From contig CBDCOS010000002.1 of NCBI GenBank assembly GCA_965219905.1, positions 284,625 through 348,624 of the forward strand: a stretch of 64,000 bases of DNA. The letters run 5' to 3'. The translations under genes were made by a program, and so were the position numbers. This DNA comes from an uncultured Candidatus Binatia bacterium. Lineage in GTDB: Bacteria > Desulfobacterota > Binatia > UBA9968 > JAJDTQ01. The notes beneath the pieces were generated by a model. The model was not told where the DNA came from, did no database searches, and saw only the letters and a list, made by a program, of their open reading frames with translations. How positions within the stretch are numbered: the stretch's first letter is position 1; each line of letters begins with the position of its first letter. Below are positions 1-9,823 of the stretch, piece by piece.

Positions 1-220
1 CATCATCGTGGAGGCCTCGCTGAGCTTTCTGGGGGCGGGGATTCCGCCGCCGACGCCCTCCTGGGGGGCCATGATCGCGGACGGGCGTGCGCACATCACC
101 ACGGCGTGGTGGCTGTCGTTCTTCCCCGGCGTGGCGCTGGTGCTGGTGGTGCTCTCCATCAACCTGCTGGGAGACTGGCTGCGGGACTTCCTGGATCCGC
201 GGACACGGAATCTGACATGA
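1..220 (+). CDS. ABC transporter permease, C-terminal fragment (DppC/OppC-type; 5' end outside window)
   Basis: Frame open from window edge; tail ...[22 protein letters not shown]...[27 protein letters not shown] is the conserved C-terminus of peptide/nickel ABC permeases. Confidence 0.7.
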   Translation, partial: IIVEASLSFLGAGIPPPTPSWGAMIADGRAHITTAWWLSFFPGVALVLVVLSINLLGDWLRDFLDPRTRNLT

Positions 221-273
221 GCCAGTAGACATTCACCGGTCGATGTGTGACAGGAGACTAGAGGAGGCCTGCT

Positions 274-990
274 ATGTACGGTTATCGCGCCCGAATCGGT
301 TATACGTCGCCGCCCTACCTGACGGAGACGTTTCCCTACGAGTTCTACAAGATGGTTCCGGAGGGGGTGACCCTCGTCCTCACCACCCTGGCCATCAAGA
401 AGCTCACCGAGCAGGAAACCACCCGAAGCGTCGAGATGACCCTGGAGGCGGCCCGGGAGATGGGCAAGGCCGGGGTCGACATCATGGTCTTCGGCGGCGT
501 TCCGCTCAACCTGTCCCTCGGTTACGAAGGGCTCGATGAGACCCTGCGCAAGACCGAGGAGGAGATCGGCGTTCCGGTCACCTCCAGCATCACCGCGCAG
601 GTCAACGCGCTACGGGCCGTAAACGCCCAGAAGCTGGTCCTGCTGCATCCCTTCACCGATCCGGAGGGTTTCCACGCGGAGTACGTTACCCACTATGGCT
701 TCGAGCTGCTGGGGTTCAGAGGCGCCCAGAAGACCGTCGCGGATCTGGCCACCATCTCCCAGGACGAAGTGAAGGGCCTCGCCGAGGCCCTCTACCGCGA
801 CCACCCGGAAGCCGACACCATCTACATCCCCGCGCCCCACTGGGGCATCATCGAACTCATCGATCCCCTGGAGCAGGAACTCGGCGTCAACGTGGTCATC
901 GCGATCCAGGCCATCGTCTGGGAGACCCTGCGCCGCGCCGGTGTCAACGACAAGATCAACGGCTACGGCAAGCTGCTGAGGGAACACTAG
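274..990 (+). CDS. Asp/Glu/hydantoin racemase superfamily protein (arylmalonate decarboxylase / maleate isomerase-like), cysteine-free variant
   Basis: 238 aa; fold-level similarity to maleate isomerase/AMDase (compare paralog at 4344); contains no Cys at all, so both catalytic Cys positions are substituted; GAGG-type RBS upstream. Confidence 0.55.
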   Translation: MYGYRARIGYTSPPYLTETFPYEFYKMVPEGVTLVLTTLAIKKLTEQETTRSVEMTLEAAREMGKAGVDIMVFGGVPLNLSLGYEGLDETLRKTEEEIGVPVTSSITAQVNALRAVNAQKLVLLHPFTDPEGFHAEYVTHYGFELLGFRGAQKTVADLATISQDEVKGLAEALYRDHPEADTIYIPAPHWGIIELIDPLEQELGVNVVIAIQAIVWETLRRAGVNDKINGYGKLLREH

Positions 991-1091
991 CGACGGGGGT
1001 TAGACCCCTTAGGGATCAGAATCCGACACCCCGGCGAGACCTGCGGGGCGACCGGCGGTCGCCCTCGCCCGCATCGAAGCCGACCCCCGAG

Positions 1092-2060
1092 TCAGTAGAG
1101 ATGGCAGGCCACCCTCCGCTCCGGGGCGGCCTCCTGCAATACCGGTTCTTCCTCCGCGCACCGGGCCATGGCCAACGGACAGCGCGGGTGGAAGCGGCAG
1201 CCCGAGGGCGGGTTCATGGGGTCGGGGACCTCGCCAGCCACCACTATCTCATCCGAGTCCTGCCCCTTCCGCACCGGCAGTGCCGCGGCGATCAGCGCCT
1301 TGGTGTAAGGGTGCAGGGGCTCGGCGTAGAGCGCGTCGGCTTTCGCTTCCTCGACGATCCGCCCAAGGTACATGACCGCGACCCGATGGCTCAGGTGCCG
1401 CGACACGGCCAGATCATGGGTGATGAGCAGGTAGCTCAGGCCGTGCTGGTCCTGAAGATCCTTCATCAGGTTGATGATCTGGCTTCGGATGGAGGCGTCG
1501 AGTGAGGCCACGGGCTCGTCCAGGACGATCAGCCGCGAATGGGTCGCCAGGGCGCGCGCGAGGGCGATGCGTTGGCGTTGACCGCCGCTGAACTCGTGGG
1601 GGTAGAGCCGGGCGAAGGCGGCGTCCAGGTTGACGTCCTTCAGGACCTCCGCGACCCGCTCGCGCACCGCCTTGCGGGGAAGCCCGGCGTTCACCTCCAG
1701 CGGCTCGCCGACGATGTCGCCCACACGCATCCTGGGGTTCAGGGAGCTCTGCGGGTCCTGGAACACCGCCTGCACGGTGCTCCGGTAACGTTGCAGGTCG
1801 TCGCCCTGTATCTCCTGCAAGCTGACTCCCTCGTAGAGCATCTCGCCGCTGGTGGGGCGCTCCAGCAACAACACCATCCTGGCGGTGGTGCTCTTGCCGC
1901 AACCGGATTCCCCCACCAGTCCCAGGGTCTCGCCGCTGTCGATGTGAAAGCTGACGTCCTCGACGGCGTGGATCCAGCCCACGTGGCCGCCGAGGATCAA
2001 CCCCTTGGTCACGGGGAAACGCTTACTGACGTTCCTGGCTTCCAGAAGCGCGGGATTCAT
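1092..2060 (-). CDS. oligopeptide/dipeptide ABC transporter ATP-binding protein (DppF/OppF-like)
   Basis: Walker [10 protein letters not shown], signature [15 protein letters not shown], Walker B LIVLDEP, C-terminal oligopeptide-ABC extension with Cys pair. Confidence 0.85.
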   Translation of the reverse strand: MNPALLEARNVSKRFPVTKGLILGGHVGWIHAVEDVSFHIDSGETLGLVGESGCGKSTTARMVLLLERPTSGEMLYEGVSLQEIQGDDLQRYRSTVQAVFQDPQSSLNPRMRVGDIVGEPLEVNAGLPRKAVRERVAEVLKDVNLDAAFARLYPHEFSGGQRQRIALARALATHSRLIVLDEPVASLDASIRSQIINLMKDLQDQHGLSYLLITHDLAVSRHLSHRVAVMYLGRIVEEAKADALYAEPLHPYTKALIAAALPVRKGQDSDEIVVAGEVPDPMNPPSGCRFHPRCPLAMARCAEEEPVLQEAAPERRVACHLY

Positions 2061-3057
2061 GCTCGTCCTTCTCGTGCAGCCAGCAGGATACGGCGTGGTC
2101 CGTACCGAGCCTGGTCACCGGCGGGGCCTCCGACCGGCATCTATCCATGGCCTTGGGACAACGGGGCGCGAACGCGCAGCCCGGGGGCAGATCGTAGACC
2201 AACGGCGGGCTTCCCTCGATGGACGGGAAGCGGTGCACCTTGCGGTCCATGCGCGGAACGGATTGCAGCAACGCTTCGGTATATGGGTGCGCGGGACGTT
2301 CGAACAGCGCTTCCACGGTCAACTGCTCCACGATCCTGCCGGCGTACATGACCGCCACCCGATCGCAGATCCTCGCCAGGGTGGCGAGGTCGTGCGTGAT
2401 GTAGATGATGGACAGGTTCGATTCTCTCTGGAGCTCCTTCAGGAGGCGCAGGTACTGCGCCTGGATGGTGACGTCGAGCGAGGTGGTGGGCTCGTCGGCG
2501 ATGAGGACTCTGGGGCCGGCGGCGATGGCCGTGGCTCCCACCACTCGCTGGCGCATGCCCCCACTGAACTGGTGGGGATAGTCCCTCAACCGCGACTCCG
2601 GCGCGGGTATGCGAACGAGGCTGAGCAACTTCGAGACCCTCTCCCAGAGGCGCGATCGCGACACGACGCGGTGGACCCGCAACGGCTCTGCCACCTGGTT
2701 GCCGATGGTGAACACCGGATTGAGGGTGCTCAGGGGGTCCTGGAGGATCATGGCGATCTCCCGGCCCCGGACCTCGCGCATTTCCTGCTCCGATATTCTC
2801 AGCAGGTCGCGGCCCCGGAACAGCACCTGACCCGAGACGATGCGCCCGGCCGGGCGCGGCACCAGCCGCAGGATGGAGAGGCTGGTCATGCTCTTGCCGC
2901 AGCCCGACTCGCCCAGGAGGCCGAGCGACTCTCCCTGGTCCAGCGTGAACGAGACGCCGTCCACGGCCCTGCCCGTGCCCGACCGGGTGAAGAAGTACGT
3001 CCTCAGGTCCCGGACCTCGAGCAACGGTACGGACGAAGGTTTGGAGTCCGTGTCCAT
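2023..3057 (-). CDS. oligopeptide/dipeptide ABC transporter ATP-binding protein (DppD/OppD-like)
   Basis: Start MDTDSK at 3057 chosen inside the longer ORF 2023..3558; [27 protein letters not shown] motifs; overlaps the downstream ATPase gene by ~38 nt. Confidence 0.85.
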   Translation of the reverse strand: MDTDSKPSSVPLLEVRDLRTYFFTRSGTGRAVDGVSFTLDQGESLGLLGESGCGKSMTSLSILRLVPRPAGRIVSGQVLFRGRDLLRISEQEMREVRGREIAMILQDPLSTLNPVFTIGNQVAEPLRVHRVVSRSRLWERVSKLLSLVRIPAPESRLRDYPHQFSGGMRQRVVGATAIAAGPRVLIADEPTTSLDVTIQAQYLRLLKELQRESNLSIIYITHDLATLARICDRVAVMYAGRIVEQLTVEALFERPAHPYTEALLQSVPRMDRKVHRFPSIEGSPPLVYDLPPGCAFAPRCPKAMDRCRSEAPPVTRLGTDHAVSCWLHEKDEHESRASGSQERQ

Positions 3058-3121
3058 AGAGAATCCACCACGAGGCGACCGCATCTTGACACAAAAACGG
3101 CGGTAGTAGTAACCACGAATC

Positions 3122-4318
3122 ATGGAAGATTTCGCCAAAACACTGGTCATCGACGCGGACGGACACGTCAACGAGGGCGACATCGACTTCGCGCCCTGGC
3201 TGCCCGAGAAGTACAAGTCGCTGGCGCCGGTGCGCCTCAAGGACAACCGCGGCGGCAACCGGCTGCTGCTCGAAGGCCGGATCTGGCCGGCCAACGAGGG
3301 GCCCGGCCCCGGAGTGACGGGCCCCATGACCGAGGAGGCGCGCAAGGGCCGGCCGGGCATGACCGACCCCAGGGAACGCCTCAAGGACATGGACCTGGAG
3401 GGCATCGACGTGGCGGTGATCTTCGGCACCCAGATCGCCCTCACGGTCAACGGGCTGATGGACAAGGGCCTGGCCGGCGCCCTCTGCCACGCGGTCAACG
3501 AGTGGATGATCGAGTATTGCTCCGCGGACCCCAGGCGGCTGCGGGCGGTGGGGCTCATCCCCTGCCAGGATCCGCCGGCCGCGGTGCGGGAGCTCCACTA
3601 CCTGGCCGAGCACGGCGCCACCACCGCCATGCTGCCCACCAACGTCTACGGCCGGAACATGGGCGACGCCATGTTCGATCCCATCTACGCCGCCGCCCAG
3701 GAGCTCGCCATGCCGCTCTCGGTGCATCCGCAAACGGGCCACGACGGCGTTCCCGGCGTGTCCGGCGTTATGGGGGCCGGCAGCCGGCGCTTCTACAAGT
3801 ACGTCTACGTGCACATGACGGCGTTTCCCTTCGAGCTCATGATAGCGATGATGCACATGATCGGCGAGGGCGTGTTCGACCGCTATCCCCTGCTCAAGGT
3901 CGCCTTCATGGAAGGAGGCGCCGGCTGGCTGCCGTTCTGGATGGAGCGCTTCGACGAGCACCTGGAGAAGCTGGCGCCCCAGATGCCCGCGATGCAACGG
4001 CGTCCCAGCGAAATCATCCGCAGCCAACAGCTCGTGCTGTCGTGCGAGTCCGAGGAAACGGGCCTCGACCGGGTGCTGGACGCTTCCGGCGCGGCCACCG
4101 TGCTCTACGCCTCGGACTACTGCCACTGGGACTGCCACTTCCCCTATTCGGTCAAGGACGTCATCTCGGGCGGCGACCTGACCTTCGAGCAGAAGGAGCA
4201 GGTGCTCTACAAGAACGCCGTCGAGTTCTTCGATCTGGGAGACCTGCCGGAGCCTGCGGCCCTGGCCAAGGCCATGGGCTCTTGGGACAGCTACAACGGC
4301 GAGGTCCCGCCGGCGTAG
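3122..4318 (+). CDS. amidohydrolase_2 family metal-dependent hydrolase/decarboxylase (ACMSD/LigW/LigI-like TIM barrel)
   Basis: IDADGHV N-terminal metal-ligand motif, ...ASDYCHWD... C-terminal motif typical of PF04909; 398 aa. Confidence 0.75.
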   Translation: MEDFAKTLVIDADGHVNEGDIDFAPWLPEKYKSLAPVRLKDNRGGNRLLLEGRIWPANEGPGPGVTGPMTEEARKGRPGMTDPRERLKDMDLEGIDVAVIFGTQIALTVNGLMDKGLAGALCHAVNEWMIEYCSADPRRLRAVGLIPCQDPPAAVRELHYLAEHGATTAMLPTNVYGRNMGDAMFDPIYAAAQELAMPLSVHPQTGHDGVPGVSGVMGAGSRRFYKYVYVHMTAFPFELMIAMMHMIGEGVFDRYPLLKVAFMEGGAGWLPFWMERFDEHLEKLAPQMPAMQRRPSEIIRSQQLVLSCESEETGLDRVLDASGAATVLYASDYCHWDCHFPYSVKDVISGGDLTFEQKEQVLYKNAVEFFDLGDLPEPAALAKAMGSWDSYNGEVPPA

Positions 4319-4343
4319 TGCGGGATCAACGGAGGAACCGCAC

Positions 4344-5054
4344 ATGGTGAACCAAGCGCGCATCGGCCTTATCATTCCGTCCGCGAACCGGCTCACCGAG
4401 CCCCAATTCAACCAGTACCTGCCGGATGACATCGACATCCACGTCACCCGGCTGCGCATGACCGGAAAGTGGGCCAAGCCCCTCGACCAGCTTCAGGGCG
4501 CCATCGAGGAAGCCGCGGCCGTGTTGTCCGACACCAAGCCGGACGTCATCGTGTTCCACTGCACCGCGAACTCCATGGAGGGCGGTCTCGACGGCGAGCA
4601 ACGCATCACCGAATGGGTAAGCGGGGCGAGCGGATGCGAGGCCGTAACCACCAGCCAAGCCATCACCGAGGCGTTGCGCGAGCTCGCCATCCGCAAGCTG
4701 GTGCTCATCAGCCCCTACGTCGAGGCGACGAACCAGGCGGAGATGCGCTACATGTCGGAAGCCGGGTTCGACGTCGTCCACGAGCTGGGGCTCGGGCTTC
4801 CCGGAAGCGACGACTACATCGCGGTGACCCCGGAGCAGTGGCTGGACATCACCTGCGACAACAGCCGGCCGGAGGCCGAGGGCTACTTCCTGAGCTGCAC
4901 CAACACGCGCATGATCGAGACCATCGAAGCGGTGGAGAGCCGCCTGGCCCGTCCGGTGGTGTCGAGCAACCAGGCGGCGCTGTGGGCCTGCCTGCGACGC
5001 ATGGGCCGCCCGCCGTCGATCCCGGGGCTGGGGCGATTGTGTGCCGAAGGTTGA
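4344..5054 (+). CDS. Asp/Glu racemase superfamily protein (maleate isomerase / arylmalonate decarboxylase-like) with both catalytic Cys
   Basis: 236 aa; VFHCTANS (first Cys) and FLSCTNTRM (second Cys, CTN motif) as in maleate cis-trans isomerase. Confidence 0.65.
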   Translation: MVNQARIGLIIPSANRLTEPQFNQYLPDDIDIHVTRLRMTGKWAKPLDQLQGAIEEAAAVLSDTKPDVIVFHCTANSMEGGLDGEQRITEWVSGASGCEAVTTSQAITEALRELAIRKLVLISPYVEATNQAEMRYMSEAGFDVVHELGLGLPGSDDYIAVTPEQWLDITCDNSRPEAEGYFLSCTNTRMIETIEAVESRLARPVVSSNQAALWACLRRMGRPPSIPGLGRLCAEG

Positions 5055-5165
5055 CGTACGAGCAATCGTTGACAAGCCGTCGCTGCTGGCAGTAAAAACA
5101 GGGACGGGCACCGTCCGTGCTTCCGCGCGTCCCGACCGCGGTGCCGATTCTCCAAGGAGGCAATC

Positions 5166-6257
5166 ATGGCAGGAGTCATCGATGCGGATACGCATATCGC
5201 CGAGCCCGAGGCGATGTGGAAGTTCTTCGACGAGGATATGCACCCGCGCCGTCCGGTGCTGACGTCGATTACCGACGATACGCTTTACGGCATCCGCAAC
5301 AAGTTCTGGCTCATCGACGGCAACATCTTTCCGAAGCCCTCGGGCAAGGGCGGCTTCAGGCTGGTAACGCCGGCGTCGTCCACTTTGGAGACGGAACGGA
5401 ACGACAGCCTGGTGGCGAGCCGCGAGATCACGGACGTGGGCGTGCGGCTCGCAGACATGGACCGCCTGGGCGTCGAGACCCAGGTGATCTATCCGACCCT
5501 GTTCCTGGTCTATCTCACCGAGGACGTGGACCTCGATATCGCGCTGGCCAAGGCCTACAACCGTTACATGTGGGAGGTGGAGGAGAAGGCCGGAGGACGG
5601 ATGCGCTGGACCGCGGTGCTGCCGCTGCGCTCCATCGACGCATCCATCGACGAGATGCGGCTCGCCAAGGAGCACGGCGCGGTGGGGATATTCTTCCGGG
5701 GCATGGAGGGGGAGCGGACCCTGGACGACCCCTACTTCTTCCCGGTGTACGAAGAGGCCAACTCCCTGGAGATGCCGATCTGCATCCACACGGGGTCGGG
5801 CTGTCCCACCCTCACCAACATGTTCAACCTCGAGCGCAACCACACCTTCCACCACGGCCGGGTGCTGCCCATCTTCGCCTTCCGTGACATCATCCACAAC
5901 CGCATCCCGGAGATGTTCCCGAAGCTGCGGTTCGGTTTCATCGAGGCGTCGGCGGGCTGGGTGCCGTTCCTGCTGCACATCCTGCGGCGGCTGTTGAAGC
6001 AGCAGTTCAAGTTCGATTCCAGCGCGGAGCTGTTCCAGAAGTACCGGCTGTTCGTGGCGTGCGAGGCGGACGAGGACATTCCTTACCTGATCCGCTACAT
6101 GGGCGAAGACAACATCGTCATCGGCTCCGACTACGGCCACAACGATCCTTCGTTCGAGCCGGAGCTGGCCCAGACGATACGGTCGCGGGAAGACCTGTCG
6201 CCCGCCATCGCGGACAAGATCCTGTACGAGAACCCGAAGCAGCTCTACAACCTCTGA
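5166..6257 (+). CDS. amidohydrolase_2 family protein (paralog A)
   Basis: IDADTHI..., ...GSDYGHNDP...; 363 aa; ~70% identical to the next gene. Confidence 0.75.
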   Translation: MAGVIDADTHIAEPEAMWKFFDEDMHPRRPVLTSITDDTLYGIRNKFWLIDGNIFPKPSGKGGFRLVTPASSTLETERNDSLVASREITDVGVRLADMDRLGVETQVIYPTLFLVYLTEDVDLDIALAKAYNRYMWEVEEKAGGRMRWTAVLPLRSIDASIDEMRLAKEHGAVGIFFRGMEGERTLDDPYFFPVYEEANSLEMPICIHTGSGCPTLTNMFNLERNHTFHHGRVLPIFAFRDIIHNRIPEMFPKLRFGFIEASAGWVPFLLHILRRLLKQQFKFDSSAELFQKYRLFVACEADEDIPYLIRYMGEDNIVIGSDYGHNDPSFEPELAQTIRSREDLSPAIADKILYENPKQLYNL

Positions 6258-6282
6258 GGCCGTCCGAAGCGAGCCGCACGTC

Positions 6283-7380
6283 ATGACGATCATCGACTCC
6301 GACACGCACATCGCCGAGCCCGTCGCCATGTGGGACCACATCGACGAGGGCATGTACGCGCGCCGGCCGGTGCTGACCTCGGTGCCCGAGGACACGCTCT
6401 ACGGCCCGCGCAACGCCTTCTGGCTCATCGACGGCAACATCGTGCCCAAGCCCAACGGCAAGGGGAGCTACCGCCTGGTGACGCCGTCGGCCACGAAGCT
6501 GGAGTCGTCCCGCAGCGACAGCCTCATCGCCAGCCGCGAGATCACCCAGCCCGAGGTGCGGCTGGCGGACATGGACCGCCTCGGCATCGACGTCCAGGTC
6601 ATTTATCCGACGCTCTTCCTGACCTACCTGACGCACGACCCCGAGCTGGAGATCGCCCTGTGCAAGGCCTACAACCGCTACATGTGGGAAGTGCAACGCA
6701 CCGGGCGGAACCGCCTCTTGTGGACCGCGGTGCTGCCGCTGCGCTCCATCGAGGCCTCCGTCGACGAGATGCGGCTGGCCAAGGAGCACGGCGCCGTCGG
6801 CATCTTCTTCCGCGGCATGGAGGGCGACCGCACCCTGGACGACCCCTACTTCTTTCCGGTCTACGAAGAGGCCGCCAAGCTGGACCTGCCCATCTGCATC
6901 CATACCGGCATGGGTGCGCCGTCGATCATCAACCTGTTCAGCTTCGAACGGAACTTCTCGTTCGCCCAGGGGCGGGTGCTGCCGATATTCGCCTTCCGGG
7001 ACCTGGTGGCCAATCGCATCCCCGAGCAGTTCCCCGACCTCCGCATCGGCTTCATCGAGGCCTCCGCGGGCTGGGTGCCGTTCATGCTGCACATCCTCAA
7101 GCGGCTTCTCAAGAGCGACTGGAGGCACAAGACGGACGAGGCGCTGTTCGAGGACTACCGCCTGTTCGTCGCCTGTGAGGCCGACGAGGACGTCCCCTAT
7201 CTCGTGGATTACATCGGCGAGGACCACCTGCTCATCGGGTCGGACTACGGCCATCAGGACCCCTCGTTCGAGCCCGATCTGACAGGCACCATCCGCGGCC
7301 GGGAGGACATCCCGCAACGGGTCGCGGACAAGATGTTCGGTGACAACGCCAGGCGGTTCTACGGCATCGACGGAGCCTGA
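6283..7380 (+). CDS. amidohydrolase_2 family protein (paralog B, tandem duplicate of 5166..6257)
   Basis: IDSDTHI..., ...GSDYGHQDP...; collinear with the preceding gene at ~70% aa identity. Confidence 0.75.
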   Translation: MTIIDSDTHIAEPVAMWDHIDEGMYARRPVLTSVPEDTLYGPRNAFWLIDGNIVPKPNGKGSYRLVTPSATKLESSRSDSLIASREITQPEVRLADMDRLGIDVQVIYPTLFLTYLTHDPELEIALCKAYNRYMWEVQRTGRNRLLWTAVLPLRSIEASVDEMRLAKEHGAVGIFFRGMEGDRTLDDPYFFPVYEEAAKLDLPICIHTGMGAPSIINLFSFERNFSFAQGRVLPIFAFRDLVANRIPEQFPDLRIGFIEASAGWVPFMLHILKRLLKSDWRHKTDEALFEDYRLFVACEADEDVPYLVDYIGEDHLLIGSDYGHQDPSFEPDLTGTIRGREDIPQRVADKMFGDNARRFYGIDGA

Positions 7381-7428
7381 GCCGAACCGACACCAGCCCC
7401 CCTGATTGAGAGCGAAAGGAGAATTCCC

Positions 7429-8490
7429 ATGCGCGAGAACGCCTACCCGGTCATTGACGGTGACGGACACATCATGGAAAACGCCAGCGAGATCATGCCC
7501 TACATGGGCGAGAAGTACGTGGGCAGCGACGGCCAGCCCGCCTGGGCGCGCATGTACTCGCTGTTCCCGTCGCTGGACGGCTGGACCCGGCTTTCGAACA
7601 TGAGCTCTTCCGGGCTCAGGGACTATCCGGACTGCGACATGTGGGTGTCGTTCCTGGACGACTGCGGCATCGACCGCACCGTCGTCTATCCCACCGCCGG
7701 CCTGGGGTTCGGGCTGATCCAGGATCCGGCGTACTCCGTGAACATCGCCCACGCCTACAACACCTGGCTCCACGAGTACTACATGAAGCATACCCCGAGG
7801 GTCCTGGGCGTCGCGCTGATCCCGATCCACAGCGTCGACGACGCCGTCAAGGAGATGCGCCGGGCCAAGCAGGAGCTGGGCATGCCGGCGGCCGTGCTGC
7901 CGTCGGTGAACTCGCTGGGCAAGGGCTACGGCCACGAGGCGTTCTTCCCCATTTACGAGGAGGCCTGCCGCCTGGACATGGCGCTGGCCATTCACGGGGC
8001 GCCCAGCCGCGGCCTGGGCTTCGACTACCTGGACAGCTTCGCCGAGGTCCACGCGCTGGAGCATCCGATTCCGTTGCTGATTCATCTCACCAACATGGTG
8101 TTCCAGGGCGTGTACGAGCTCTTTCCGGACCTGCGCGTGGCCTACCTGGAGGCGGGCGCGGGCTGGGTGCCGTTCCTGATGGACCGGCTGGACGAAGGCT
8201 ACGAGCGGCGCGGCAAGAAATGGGCGCCCCGGCTGAAGCACTCCCCCAGCCAATACATCAAGAGCGGCAGCGTCTACGTCTCGGTGGAATCCGAGGAACG
8301 CACCCTGCCCTACGTGGTCGAGCTCTTCGGCGAGGACCACATCTTCTTCGCTTCCGACTATCCCCACGAGCGTCCACGCGAGGAGTATCTCAAGGATATC
8401 CCCGAGCTTTGCGCCAGGGAGGACGTTTCGGACACGGCCAAGCGGAAGATCCTGGCGGACAACGCGAACCGCTTCTACCGGCTGAATTGA
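7429..8490 (+). CDS. amidohydrolase_2 family protein
   Basis: IDGDGHI..., ...ASDYPHERP...; 353 aa; GGAG-like RBS. Confidence 0.7.
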   Translation: MRENAYPVIDGDGHIMENASEIMPYMGEKYVGSDGQPAWARMYSLFPSLDGWTRLSNMSSSGLRDYPDCDMWVSFLDDCGIDRTVVYPTAGLGFGLIQDPAYSVNIAHAYNTWLHEYYMKHTPRVLGVALIPIHSVDDAVKEMRRAKQELGMPAAVLPSVNSLGKGYGHEAFFPIYEEACRLDMALAIHGAPSRGLGFDYLDSFAEVHALEHPIPLLIHLTNMVFQGVYELFPDLRVAYLEAGAGWVPFLMDRLDEGYERRGKKWAPRLKHSPSQYIKSGSVYVSVESEERTLPYVVELFGEDHIFFASDYPHERPREEYLKDIPELCAREDVSDTAKRKILADNANRFYRLN

Positions 8491-8495
8491 CAGGG

Positions 8496-8512
8496 CCGCA
8501 GAATAACCTATA
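8496..8512 (+). promoter_or_regulatory. candidate sigma70 -10 element (TATAAT) in the AT-rich spacer upstream of the rhodanese-MoeB gene
   Basis: cctATAATagag in an unusually AT-rich 75-nt intergenic region; RBS GGGAGAG 7 nt before the ATG at 8566. Confidence 0.3.
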
Positions 8513-8565
8513 ATAGAGACTTTAAAAGTCGGTTTTCATGCAAGGGCCTCCGCGAGGGAGAGATC

Positions 8566-9738
8566 ATGGCCAAGACATTTCAGCAGTTGATGGACGGGGC
8601 GCGGGAAACCGTGAAGGAGTTGTCGCCTCAGCAGGTGCACGAGCTGCTGCGAAACAACGGCAAGCACGCGCTCCTGGACGTGCGTGAGAAAGAGGAGTAC
8701 CGCGAGGGACACCTTGAGGGCGCGGTGTCGGTGCCCCGGGGCTTTCTCGAAATGAAGATGGACACCGAGGTGCCCGACAAGTCGACTCCCATCATCGCCT
8801 ACTGCGCCGGCGGCGTACGGTCGCTTCTCGCCGGCAAGGTGATGCAGGAGATGGGCTACGAGGACGTGATCTCCATGTCGGGCGGATACACGGCCTGGAA
8901 GAACGAGGGCTACTCGTTCGTGCAGGACCGGCAGTTCACCCAGGAGCAGCTCACCCGCTACAGCCGCCACTTCCTGCTTCCCGAGGTGGGGGAAGAGGGC
9001 CAGGCGAAGCTGCTGGACGCCAAGGTGCTGATGGTGGGGGCCGGCGGCCTGGGTTCGCCGTCCGCCTATTACCTCGCGGCAGCCGGCGTGGGCACCATCG
9101 GAATCATCGACCACGACGTGGTGGACCTGTCAAACCTGCAGCGCCAGATCCTCCACACCAACGACCGCATCGGCGAGCCCAAGACCGAGTCCGCGCGCAA
9201 GACCCTGCAGGGACTGAACCCCGACGTCAACGTGATCCCGATTCCGGAGCGGCTGACCTCCGAGAACATCATGGGGATCATCGAGGACTACGACATCGTG
9301 GTGGACGGCTGCGACAACTTCGCCACGCGCTACCTGGTAAACGATGCCTGCGTGATGACCGGCAAGCCCAACGTCCACGGCAGCATCTTCCAGTTCGAGG
9401 GACAGGTGACGGTGTTCTACCCGGGCAAGGGCCCGTGCTACCGCTGCCTCTACCCCGAGCCGCCTCCCCCGGGCATGGCACCGAGCTGTGCCGAGGCCGG
9501 CGTGCTGGGAGTCCTTCCCGGGCTCATCGGCACCATCCAGGCGGTGGAGACCATCAAGCTCATCCTCGGCAAGGGCGACTCCCTGGTCGGCCGGCTGCTC
9601 CATTTCAATACACTGACCATGGAGATCAACACGCTGCGCCTGCGGGAGGATCCCGATTGCCCGATGTGCGGGGAAGAGCCCACCATCCACGAGCTCATCG
9701 ACTACGAGGAGTTCTGCAACCTGCAGGGAGCGGCCTGA
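8566..9738 (+). CDS. rhodanese-ThiF/MoeB (E1-like adenylyltransferase) fusion with rhodanese at the N-terminus (MoeZ-like, inverted domain order)
   Basis: Residues ~20-115 rhodanese with active-site loop IAYCAGGVRS; residues ~120-390 ThiF/MoeB: GAGGLGS nucleotide-binding loop, CYRC...CPMCG zinc motifs. Confidence 0.8.
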   Translation: MAKTFQQLMDGARETVKELSPQQVHELLRNNGKHALLDVREKEEYREGHLEGAVSVPRGFLEMKMDTEVPDKSTPIIAYCAGGVRSLLAGKVMQEMGYEDVISMSGGYTAWKNEGYSFVQDRQFTQEQLTRYSRHFLLPEVGEEGQAKLLDAKVLMVGAGGLGSPSAYYLAAAGVGTIGIIDHDVVDLSNLQRQILHTNDRIGEPKTESARKTLQGLNPDVNVIPIPERLTSENIMGIIEDYDIVVDGCDNFATRYLVNDACVMTGKPNVHGSIFQFEGQVTVFYPGKGPCYRCLYPEPPPPGMAPSCAEAGVLGVLPGLIGTIQAVETIKLILGKGDSLVGRLLHFNTLTMEINTLRLREDPDCPMCGEEPTIHELIDYEEFCNLQGAA

Positions 9739-9823
9739 GGATCCACCATCCATCGCCGTCGTGCACGGACCCTGCCGGCGCACGGCGGCCTGCAGACGCC
9801 CGGGCTGGAAAGGCTCCGGGGGT

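Noticed and set aside
2005-4477. Very long ORFs (781 and 778 aa) on both strands overlapping the DppD-like and amidohydrolase genes
   Set aside because: Arg/Gly/Pro/Ala-rich low-complexity translations typical of antisense or shadow frames in ~68% GC DNA. Every segment is better explained by homology-supported genes in another frame.
4326-8367. Long minus-strand ORFs (689 aa and 749 aa) antisense to the amidohydrolase cluster
   Set aside because: Shadow ORFs of high-GC coding DNA with no motif content. The sense-strand genes have clear family signatures.
8566-9738. Considered calling this a canonical moeB/moeZ
   Set aside because: Domain order (rhodanese first) differs from canonical MoeZ. 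Kept as a fusion-protein call without a gene symbol.
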